Part shown: in pieces, positions 53,341 to 64,000 of the stretch
Position numbering within the stretch: the first letter of the stretch is position 1
How the letters are laid out: each line of letters opens with the position of its first letter
Source: Octopus vulgaris
Taxonomy: Eukaryota
Length of the DNA stretch: 64,000 bases
Reading direction: 5' to 3'
Assembly (NCBI GenBank): GCA_951406725.2
Contig: OX597826.1
Span: 69,192,001 to 69,256,000, forward strand
The notes under the pieces: model-generated
What the model saw: the letters and a program-made list of their open reading frames with translations, nothing else
Told to the model about the DNA's origin: nothing
The model's database searches: none
Translations under genes and position numbers: made by a program

Positions 53341-53790
53341 TATGTATATATATTTGCATGTATATATATATATATATATATGTGTATATATGTGTGTATA
53401 TATATGTATATATATATATGTATGTGCTTGTATGTGTGTGTGTGTGTATATGTGTATATGTGTTTGTATGTATATGTGTATATATGTATATGCATATGTA
53501 TGTGTAAATGTATGTGCTTATGTATGTGTATGTATGTATAAAATATTATATAATTAGGGCTTAGGAAAATAAAATAAATTACTTTGCCACATACTAAACT
53601 TTCTAGAAATAGCAGCCAATTAAGTTTTTTAGCCTCTTCCACTACTTAGAGAATTTTTTTCCCTCTAACATTGTTTACTCAAAATAATAATGGTCCCTTT
53701 ACATACTGAACACTTGATGAAATTGATTAATAACTAATTAACTTTACCCTCCCTTGTTGATATATATATACATATGTATATGTGTACATG

Positions 53791-53839
<49 letters not shown>

Positions 53840-54469
53840 ATGTGTGTATGTATGTATTTGTATATGTGTGTGTGTATATGTATGTGTGCGCGTGTGTGTG
53901 TATGTTTGTGTATGTATACTTGTATATGTATATGCATGAATGTATATATATGTGTGTGTATATGTGTATTATGTTTGTATTTATATAGATATGTAGTTTA
54001 TATATATATATATATGTATGTATATGCATCTGTCTGTGTGTGTGTGTATGTGTATATATGCGTATCATTTTTGCGTATGTATACATGTATATGTGTATAT
54101 GTATGTGTGTGTGTGTGTGTACGTATGTATATATATATATATATATATGTATGTGTATATATGTGTGTGTATATATATATATATATATGCATGCGTATGT
54201 GTATGTACATGTATATATGTATGTGTGTATATGTATATATGTCTATATATGTGAGTATGTAGTAATATAAGTATATGCATGTGTATATATGGGTATGTGT
54301 ATCAGTGTATATGTATATTTGTATGTGTGTGTGTATGTATATGTATGTATATGTGTATATATGTATGCGTGTATGTGTATATATATATATATGTATATAT
54401 ATATATGTGTATATGTGTGTGTACGTATGTGTATGTGTATGTATGTGTATGTATGTCTATGTATGTATA

Positions 54470-54527
<58 letters not shown>

Positions 54528-54812
54528 AGTGCGTGTGTGTATGTATGCATATATGTATGTATGCATGTATATGTGTATGTATATATATGTGTGTAAGTGT
54601 GTGCATATATGTATTTGTAAGTATGTGTGCGCGTATGAGTATGTATGTATGCTTGCACACGTGTATATATATATATATGTGTGTGTGTGTATTTATATGG
54701 ATGCGCGTGCGTGTGTGCACGTGTATGGGTACGCATGTATATGTGTATGTGCGTGTATGCGTATACGTGTATGTATGTATGTGTGTGCGTAGATTTGTAT
54801 ATGTATGTGTGA

Positions 54813-54849
<37 letters not shown>

Positions 54850-55037
54850 TATAGATGGGTGTGTGTATGCGTATAAATGCATGTAAGTATGGATGTATAG
54901 ATGTATGTATGTATGTATACGTATGTATGTGTGTATGTGTGTATGTATATATATGTGTGTGTATATATGTTTGTGTATGTATATATATGTGTATGTATGT
55001 GTGTGTATGTGTATGTGTGTATGTGTAGGTATGTGTA

Positions 55038-55095
<58 letters not shown>

Positions 55096-55160
55096 TATGT
55101 ATCTGTATGTAGGAGTATATATGTGTGTGTGTGTATGTGTGTGTGTGTATGTATATGCGG

Positions 55161-55192
<32 letters not shown>

Positions 55193-55578
55193 TTATTGGT
55201 GTATATGTATAGACTAGCCTCCTAAAGTGTAGACACGAATCTGTAGGTACGAGTACGTATGTGTATATACGTGAACGTATGTAGATGCTTGTATGTATGA
55301 ATATAACGCGTGCGTACGTGTATGTGTATGAGTGTACGAATGGGTGAATGTACGTGCTAATGAGTGTGCGTGCGGGAATGAGTACTTGCCTTCTAGTAGA
55401 CAGACAAACGGACAAGCAGCTATTGCCAGGATTCTTAGCCCTAGCGATCAAAGATAACAAAAGTAATAAATGAAGATAATAAAATTAAAATTAGGGAATG
55501 GGCCTGTATTGGATTGTATATATATATATGTATATGTATATTTGTATGTATGTATGTGTGTATGTGTAGGTATGTATA

Positions 55579-55631
<53 letters not shown>

Positions 55632-56110
55632 AGATATATGTGTATGTGCGTATGTGTGTGTAGATACGTATACATGTGTGTATAGGTATAAGTGAGAATC
55701 TCCTTATTTACCTATAACTCTATCCCCCCTTTTTTTTTTATATATATATATTTTATATATATATTTTATATATATATTTTTTTTATATATTTTTTTATAT
55801 ATATTTTTTATATTTTTTATATTTTTTATATTTTTTATATTTTTTATTTTTATTCTTTTATTTTATCCTTTTATTTTTTTATTTTTTTATATTTTATTTT
55901 TTATTTTATTATTTTATTATTTTTTTATCTTTTTATTACCTTGACCACTCCCCCAAGTATGATATTTTGCGCTATGCCTACCCCCAAAAAGTCCCCCACC
56001 ACCACTCCTCTAAATGTATAAATGCTAATACAATTCTTGTTAAATAGCTTCCTGAAGATTTCTCTTGAATGAAACAGTACTAGTCCTGTAGAAGCTCCTT
56101 CTATATAATA

Positions 56111-56113
<3 letters not shown>
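53114..56113. mobile_element. 3-kb segment bounded by a perfect 48-bp inverted repeat overlapping a hammerhead (putative non-autonomous PLE)
   Basis: 53114-53161 is the exact reverse complement of 56066-56113; the interior is mostly TA/TG microsatellite plus an A-run of about 49 nt. Confidence 0.55.
56046..56096 (+). ncRNA. Type-I hammerhead ribozyme motif
   Basis: AGCTTC-CTGAAGA-T-TTC(TCTT)GAA-T-GAAA-CAG(TACTAGTC)CTG-TA-GAAGCT; 6-bp stem I, intact core, predicted cleavage after 56090. Confidence 0.8.
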
Positions 56114-56162
<49 letters not shown>

Positions 56163-56234
56163 TGTATGTATAAAACATGCAATTGTTCGTTAATTTAATG
56201 TGTAACTAAAGGTGGATGAAATTGGTCTTTGTTA

Positions 56235-56420
56235 GACCCTGAGAGCTGCGCCAGCCGAGCGAAAGTTTCTGATAGGGCTTCCCGTGTTACACAGGTCAAA
56301 GGATGGCGGCCATATTAATGTAGACCCCCTCTTCCCACAGATAAAATTGGGTTTGCGTTGAGCCACCACCCCTACCTAGAACAGAAGCAATGATGACAAT
56401 TGAAAACCTGGAGATGAAGA
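56235..56420 (+). mobile_element. Possible RTE LINE 5' UTR remnant
   Basis: GCTGCGCCAGC...GATAGGGCTTCCCGTG...CAGGTCAAAGG resembles RTE 5' ends from memory; degenerate. Confidence 0.3.
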
Positions 56421-57333
56421 CACTCCCTCAGGAAAACATATGACATGGAAATGAAGTATCCGGATGAAAATGTAGGCTCGAACTGGAGGGATGCAGAGGG
56501 AAAGTCCAGGTTCGAGATCAGTAGAGGAGAAAATCGACGATGGAGTATTTTCTATAGGGTCCGAAGGACTTTGGGATGTAAGAGGAGAAATGGTAGTTGC
56601 AAACGTATAAAAATACAGTTTGGGTACGCAAGAAAAGTGAACAGGGAGATTTAGCAGTTATCAGGGGAATAATGATTATAAATTATATAGTTGTGGGTGA
56701 TGACTGCCATTTAGAGTATATCATTGTTTTAAAATATTTGAAAGTTTCTGAATGTTCTGTTAATGCAAGAGCGAACGCATTCGAAGTATTTGTTGGGGTG
56801 TGGTATATTTCATAAATGAATTCGTAACTTTCATTTCTATAAACTATACTTTCTTACACTCGCAGTATAGGAACTTAGCTACGGACAATTTATTCCATTT
56901 TCAATTATAATTTAGAGATATTTCTTCGTAAATCCCACAGGAAATTTTGAGAATGCTGAACTATCTTCGACTCGAGCAGACAAATCCCTTCTATCCTAGT
57001 TGTAGAATACATGAAGCATAGAAATATTCAAATTTGAACGAGTTAGCAATGTGACCAATACAAGACATAATTATGCCATTAGTATTTACCGTTGCATATA
57101 TACAATGAACTGAAGTTGATACTTGCGGTTTACAGAATAATTATTAGTAATGCACCATAATTAAGGAGCGCTTGCTAATATGTTACAAATGTATGGAAAA
57201 CCTACACCTGTAATTAAGCCACCTATTGAATTATTAAATGCGTGCACCCTCACCTCCCCAAACATTTACACATTAATGCCATCTTACTATTATTATTATT
57301 ATTATTATTATTATCATCATCATCATCATCATT

Positions 57334-57466
57334 AAGGCGGCGAGCTGGCAGAAACGTTAGCACGACCGGCAAAATGCTTAGCAGTATTTCGTCTGCCGTT
57401 ACGTTCTGAGTTCAAATTCCGCCGAGGTCGACTTTGCCTTTCATCCTGTTGGGGTCGATAAATTAA
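57334..57466 (+). mobile_element. SINE family B, 3'-truncated
   Basis: Head through GGGGTCGATAAATTAA, then abrupt switch to LINE sequence. Confidence 0.85.
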
Positions 57467-57996
57467 AGTTTCCAGATGTTTCTTCAGGCTGGGTGAATTT
57501 GAACCCCAATGCTCCGATGCCAACAGGGACAACATTTATATTTGACTCTCGTAGCTGCTACATCTTGGCAATCTCAATCCTTAGGTCTTCTTATTTATCG
57601 ATCTTTTCTCTTTCTTTCACGATAACATGTTGATCTCCTGGTACTGCCACGATGATTATTAGGCACTCTTGTTTGTCCCTCCTGAAGATTACTACATCTG
57701 GCCTTCGGTGCTCTTTGTACTTTGAAAGTTTCTCCATTTCTTTTAGAGAAACGTTGTCATCTGCTGGTTTTATGCATCAATTAGAAAGCATTTTTTCTTC
57801 ATGATCTCTGACAACTATATCTGGCCTATTGGTCTTAATTATCTCTATCTGGGTGTTTTGGCATTTCCCAGAATATGGTTGCTATCTCGTTTTCTGTGAC
57901 CTTTTCTGGCGTGTGCCTATACCATCTTTTTTCTGTTGTTATTCCATAGTGTTGGCATAGCTTTCAGTGTACGTAGGTCTCAACTCTGTCGTGTCT

Positions 57997-57997
<1 letters not shown>
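57467..57997 (-). mobile_element. R4/Dong-clade LINE restriction-like endonuclease region (two fused fragments)
   Basis: Minus frames read RHDRVETYVH*KLCQHYG...WYRHTPEKV...NRPDIVV...EKLSKY, then EHRRPDVVI...VAVPGD...EKIDK*EDL...VVPVGIGALG; next to (TAT)n. Confidence 0.85.
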
Positions 57998-58064
<67 letters not shown>

Positions 58065-58066
<2 letters not shown>

Positions 58067-58612
58067 GTGAGAGGGCAGTGCATGCCATCAAAGTGACATT
58101 GGAGTAAAATATACGAAGCCCAGTATACCCATCATGACTACCCGTCTGATAAGGGTACACTAGGTACATGCATCACAATCATATGTGCGTGACATGATGA
58201 TCTCATACCCAGATAAACAACGCATGATCTAACAGGTGGGGCCCAGTTAGAATTTGCTTCTGGTGGAGTAACCCATCCCGCTCAAAAGGTCCCTGAATAA
58301 GGATTGTTTAAGGATGTTCAACGAAACACCCATGTTTCCAGAGGTGAATTATTCAAACCCCAAAGAATCCCTCTCAACACATGATTATGATGCTCCCCCA
58401 CTACTTCTGCTCGTGATCAGAGATGCACATATCGTCAGCCACCAAGGGACATGCTCAACTGGTTAAGGTCAAACAACTGAGAAGGTAAGGTGTGGTTTTT
58501 AGCAGAATATTTGCTGTAGCCCATCTTTTATACCAAGACAAAACAATGTACATGATAACACTTCCAATCAGTTAAGATCAGAAGCCACGAGAGCCACTGC
58601 CTTGTACTGCTA
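58065..58612 (-). mobile_element. About 550-bp non-coding interspersed element with (AAT)n 3' tail
   Basis: Complex non-coding segment between (TAT)n and (TAC)n tracts that I recognise as a common octopus repeat; no tRNA head. Confidence 0.5.
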
Positions 58613-58619
58613 TGATTAT

Positions 58620-58676
<57 letters not shown>

Positions 58677-58677
58677 C

Positions 58678-58721
<44 letters not shown>

Positions 58722-59803
58722 CATCATCATCATCGTCATTATTATAAAACATTATCATAAAACATATTTTATACATGAATAACGCATATACGTATCACAT
58801 TGCAAGGCGCCAATTGAACGCCTTTGTAATTGTTAATAATCTTTTGCTATTTGAAATCAATCTTTATTTATTTTTATTTCATTTTTTTTTTTCATTTCTC
58901 CACACTTTATTAACATACTTACACTTAATATTAAAACAGATTCCGGTAAGATATACCATCTGATTATAATTAGGTAATATTAATAACATTCATATTAATC
59001 TTGTCACTACTCTCTCTCTTTTCATTCATCTATGATATTTCCCTACAGCCTGCAATATAACACTTAACACTAACTACAAAACACATTACTCATAAATTCA
59101 CAGAGATATCAATCATCTGACAATATTTTGTAGCAAACTTCTAAGAGCAATTATGTACACCACTAATTTAGAAGCGAGCTTAAATGCTTAAATAATTAAA
59201 TTTTATTGTTGCTTTATTTTGGTTTTTAATTAATATTTCTTTTCAAACTCCTACACTCATCCAAATCTCTCATGTTTTTCTGTGTTATTTCAATAAATTC
59301 CTTCTTCATCGATCGCCCAACTAGATAGCTTATAAAATATTATACGTTTTCCTTTAATTTTCTGTTATTGTTTTCTCAATCTGTGTCTGTAAAGCTTTTT
59401 TTTTTACATTATTAACTATTCGTAGATTCTTGTTCGCCATAATTAAAATAATTTAGATAATTCTTTACAGAATTTACCTTTGTACACTGAGAAACATACA
59501 AAATAGTTAAGCAAAACATAGTTAAGCAAAACATCTTTTTCTCTAAAATGAGTTAGATATTTAATACGCCTCTATTCAAATTACCGCAAACCTAGACATA
59601 GCTATTTTAACGACAATTATGTCGCCTCTATTTAAAACAGAGATATTTTAAATAAAATGACGATTTTCATTAGATTTAAATCATTCTATGAACACTTCTT
59701 CATTAACACATTCTTGTCAAAAGCCACAACTAAAAACATCAATTCCCACGTGCCTTTTTCGGTTATCCTTTATCAGACATGTTTAACTACTCTATAGCTC
59801 AGT

Positions 59804-60118
59804 TAAACATGTCTGACAAAGGAAGACACGTCTCGCTAAATCATGTTTAATTACATCAGGAAACGTCCGTTAAAATGTATTAAAATGTCTGACAAAGGAA
59901 GCTACGTCTACCTAAAACACGTATAATAACATCAGGAAACGTCCGTTAAAATGAATTAAAATGTCTGACAAAGGAAGACACGTCTTCCTAAAACACGTAT
60001 AATAACACCAGGAAACGTCCGTTAAAATGTATAAAAATGTCTGTCAAAGGAAGAAAACGTCTGCCTAAAACATGTGTAATAAATAATATCAGGAAACGTC
60101 CGTTAAAATGTATTAAAA
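59804..60118 (+). repeat. Four 76-bp tandem units with hammerhead-like architecture
   Basis: CTGACAA/CTGTCAA at 59813, 59889, 59965 and 60041, each followed by an AGGAAGAC..GTCTTCCT-type hairpin and AAA(A/T)CA. Confidence 0.85.
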
Positions 60119-60446
60119 TTATAATTAAATTTTCCTTTCCTTTCCCAAATCCATACAAATATCTTCGAACTTTCGAAATTTCAATATCTTACCTCATTAC
60201 TGCTAAGACTCGTAAGAATAAGCGATAGATATTTCATAAATAATTTCTATTTCAGATAAACACAGATTTATTTTTAATAGTCGACATCATTAAGAAATGA
60301 TATCCAGTTCAACTTCCATGATTAAGTATAACTGTTCTCAAGAACAAACACACCTGTTTAGATAATTATGAATATATGCGAGGGTATAAGTGCGTAATTA
60401 GGCATACATATATATACACGCACACACAAACACACACACACACACA

Positions 60447-60496
<50 letters not shown>

Positions 60497-60508
60497 TATA
60501 AAATTAAT

Positions 60509-60670
60509 GGTGCAGAAGTGGATGGGTGGTAAGTAGCTTGCTTAACTACCACATGGTTCCGAGTTCAGTCCTACTGTGTAGCACCTTGAGCAAGTGTCTT
60601 CTGTTATAGCCTTCGGCCGACCAAAGACTTGTAAGTGGATTTGATAGACGAAACAGAAAGAAGTAGGTCG

Positions 60671-60671
<1 letters not shown>
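60509..60671 (+). mobile_element. SINE family A, 5' half
   Basis: Head through GAAAGAAG..GTCG, followed by microsatellites. Confidence 0.8.
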
Positions 60672-60710
<39 letters not shown>

Positions 60711-60771
60711 GAGAGAGAGATAGAGACAGACAGAGACAGAGACAGACAGACAGATATATAGATAGATATAT

Positions 60772-60832
<61 letters not shown>

Positions 60833-60953
60833 TGGATGGATATCAAGTGAAGATGCCTTTCCACTGTATGACATCGAGGAGCCAATAATTGTGAGCAAAC
60901 TTCGCCTAACATTCTACAGGCGTTTTACTAAATTTCAGTTAACTTTGTATATA

Positions 60954-61014
<61 letters not shown>

Positions 61015-61313
61015 TAAACATATTCTTATAATATCATGATTAATTTTCAGATTTTATTTAAAATTCTGATTCCGTGTGTATTCTCGGATGAAGGAAATGT
61101 GGTTTACTGGAGTTGAAAAGGAGTTTTGCCTACACACATCTTCGCACATTCCCAGAAACGGCCGTAGGACTCTTTCGTATTTATTGGATTCGTTTGAGGA
61201 CTTTCGTTTTGGATTATTGTGAACTGTCATCTGCTCAGCTTGAGACTTTTTAATTTGTCTGTATTTAGGCAATTCTTCATCCGACTTTGATGTGAGCAGA
61301 GAATTACACTATA

Positions 61314-61366
<53 letters not shown>

Positions 61367-61522
61367 ATACATAAATATATATATGTTTTTATATGTCATA
61401 TGTTCACATATTCATAATGGCTTATATATACCCTCTGTGTTTAGATATATGTTGGCTTTGATGAGGCGTATTATTGACTTCGAAATTCGTCTCTTTCTAA
61501 TTAATACTTTAGCATATATATA

Positions 61523-61696
61523 TAAGGATAAGATCGTTCATTTAAATTAAATATCGATCTTATCAAGTGGCCAGGATGGGGATAAAATCCTTCAAAGGTA
61601 ATAATTATTATTAAAATTATAATTTAGGGTATCTACGAGATACCACCACGCTGTAGCAGCCGAAATCTGACTCTAAAACCACATTAAATGTTCATA
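61523..61696. repeat. Dispersed copy of the 2932-3262 repeat between (TA)n tracts
   Basis: GGGTATCTA...GACTCTAAAACCACATTAAATGTTCATA is shared. Confidence 0.8.
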
Positions 61697-62599
61697 TATA
61701 TATATATATATATTCGCTTATGTGTATGTATACTTATATGTACGCATATGTATATAACTAATCCTTGTGTAAGTGATTGAGTATTCCACATACACCAGTG
61801 CTCTCAAAATAGTCGTGAGGCAGAATCAGTATAATTCTCTTGCGACAGGGACAAACTATTCAAATCGGTCTCAGAATCCAAGTCCCTACGGCTTCCTTCT
61901 AGTTTTCTTTTTAGCCATTTGGACCCACAATCTTTGTTATCGATCCAATATTACGAAAAGCAGCCACTAGCTACAAAATCGAAACGTTTCCGTGCACAGG
62001 AGGGGAATCCAAAGCAAGAATCTCAAGATTGAGGTTTAGATACTTTTGACCATTCTTCACGCTCAATTAGAATCGCAGAGTTCTTAATTGGATTTATTAC
62101 GCATTGTTTGAGAAATTACCTCCTATTTATCCTTAGTTCCAGGCTGTGTATATCTATTCTAATGTCTCTCTTGTGTATTAGATGTAACCAAGATATTCTA
62201 CAAATTGGTTTTCTTTGAATAATTAAAATTTACACTCACGTTTACGTTTATAAGCCATTTTATTTTCATTGTTTTGTTCAATGCTGTTTATTTATATATT
62301 TATTTGTGTGTTATGTTTAATATGTTTATTTATATGATGTATGTTTGTTGTTTGTATTGTTACCACTGCAAGAGAGAATATTTATTGCCTTCAAGTTTGT
62401 ACAGTATATAAATCAATTAAATCTGTTGGAAGGTAAATGGAGATTGCGAGAGGTGGGGGGGAGGCTTGCGGGTGGAATGTTTTCCGTCGGAATTTAACAA
62501 GTCAAGTTAAAGCATCAACAGCTGCAGCACACGAGAGTAGCGACAATTAGTTAGAAGTCTGTTCGAGTCTGGTTTACGACACAATAACTATAGGAATGG

Positions 62600-63042
62600 T
62601 AATAGAGGAGGTGGAGGAGAAGGACGAGGAGGATGAGGAGGACGAGGAGAAGGAGGAGGAGGGGTGTGGAGGAAGATGAGGAAGGAGGAAGAGAAGAAGA
62701 AGAAGAAAGATAGGGAGGTGGAGGGAAGGAAGGGGAGGAAGGGGAGAAGAAGAAGAAGAAGAAGAAGAAGAAGAAGAAGAAGAAGAAGAAGAAGAAGAAG
62801 AAGAAGAAGGGGAGGAGAAGAAGAAGAAGAAGAAGAAGAAGAAGAAGGAGGAAGAAGAAGAAGAAGAAGAAGAAGAAGAAGAAGAAGAACAACAGGGATA
62901 AGAAGAAGAAGAAGAAGAAGAAGGAAGGGGAGGAAGAAGAAGAAGAAGAAGAAGAAGAAGAAGGAGGAAGAAGAAGAAGAAGAAGAAGAAGAAGAAGAAG
63001 AAGAAGAAGAAGAAGAAGAAGAACAAAAAAAGAAGAAGAAGT
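62600..63042. repeat. (GAA)n/(GGA)n purine tract
   Basis: Direct reading. Confidence 0.95.
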
Positions 63043-63149
63043 AGAGAGCCATTTGTAGAAGAACAGAAGGAACGCTACAAAAGCCCATTTGAGTGTAAAG
63101 ATCAATAACTGATCAATAAACATACAAGAGAATTGCTGAAGTAAAACGA

Positions 63150-63850
63150 AGAGTGTGAGCAAGGCTTTTCATTGTATCGGCCACATGTGGATCCAGGAAA
63201 CACGAGTTAAGAATAAGAAAATTGGTGAGCCATGACATGAGTAAACATCGAAGAATATTGCAGTTACAGGCAAAAGAGGGAATTACAAAATTTAAAACCA
63301 TTCCCCTTAGAAAAGGGATATTCGTAGAGGAGATCCTCTTTTCAATCCTTTCCTCTCTGGCGTTAAAGCCTTTGACCGACATCATATACAGAACTAGATA
63401 TTGGCAAAACAGCTTTTGTAAAACATCTCTTGTACGTCTCTGATCTCAAGTTGTATACTGCAGATAAAAAAGAAATTGGAAACACTAATACAAGCAGTAC
63501 ACGAATTTGCCAAAGAAATTAATATGGAAATCAATTTAGAAACGTGTACCAAGGAATAAGCCATTAGAACGAAATTTGATTAAGGCTAAGATGGATAAAA
63601 CTCAGATAAAAAGTTACATTATATGTGAAAAAGGCGAAAAAACGTAAAAAGGGAATGCAGTTAGCTAGCACAAAACGAGTAGAAACGCATAGATTGCTCT
63701 ATTGGTAAAATATTGAGTTGAGATGTTACCTAAGCTTATGGAATCAAAGTGACAAAAAAGTGGTGAATGATAATTACAGAATTCTATGGGATTTCTGTAG
63801 AGAGACACATCGTACTTTTAAAGCAAGGATTATATATCAAGTCCTGTACT
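63150..63850 (+). mobile_element. Decayed R4/Dong-clade LINE RT fragment with internal deletion
   Basis: Frames read IPLRKGIF...LALKPL, KHLLYVSDLKLY (degenerate YMDDLKLY), EFAKEINMEINLETC and VVNDNYRILWDF. Confidence 0.75.
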
Positions 63851-63884
63851 TAGATGATACTTTATTATATTCACGCAGGATATT

Positions 63885-63976
63885 GGGTTCGGGCGTATTT
63901 GAGCTCAGAAAGTAAAGAGCCGGAACAAATGCTGTTAGTCATTTTATCCAGTGCTCGAATGATTTTACCAGCTCGT
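63885..63976 (-). mobile_element. Diverged SINE family B head
   Basis: ATTTGAGCTCAGAAAGTAAAGA...CCAGCTCGTC. Confidence 0.55.
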
Positions 63977-64000
63977 CAAACTAAATAATTTCAAATGTAT

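Noticed and set aside
53136-55685. Many overlapping 100-255-aa Y/I/V/C/H/T-rich ORFs
   Set aside because: TA/TG dinucleotide repeats lack stops in several frames, so these are artefacts.
59804-60118. CRISPR-like array
   Set aside because: Whole units repeat with no unique spacers, no cas genes, and the context is eukaryotic.
61455-61495. Hammerhead-like TTGATGAGG...CGAAATTCGTC
   Set aside because: Core and all stems are degenerate; compatible with chance.

Overview
AT-rich, extremely repeat-dense eukaryotic (animal) non-coding DNA, very likely an Octopus intergenic or intronic region. That assignment rests on my recognition of the tRNA-derived SINE families and the density of TA/TG/GATA/GGT/GAT microsatellites. 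I can support no intact protein-coding gene, true tRNA/rRNA gene or CRISPR array; almost all ORF-track entries are translated microsatellites. The window holds more than 30 copies of about five tRNA-derived SINE families (my own labels A-E). It also holds decayed Penelope-like element (PLE) coding fragments (RT and GIY-YIG), Tx1/L1-, R4/Dong- and RTE-type LINE remnants, two mariner remnants, a hAT-type MITE with an 8-bp TSD, a pogo/Tigger-like MITE and a possible Helitron. The most striking unexplained structure is a set of about seven sequence-distinct minimal type-I hammerhead ribozyme motifs. Most sit in short segments wedged into (TA)n/(GATA)n tracts, and several are paired with inverted (fold-back) partial copies. 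They include a near-canonical hammerhead at 56046-56096, whose 3' part is perfectly inverted 3 kb upstream, and a 76-bp tandem array of hammerhead-like units. A second notable pattern is a SINE that forms head-to-tail multimers with the same junction at several loci. All family names and protein-motif calls come from manual reading, not database searches.
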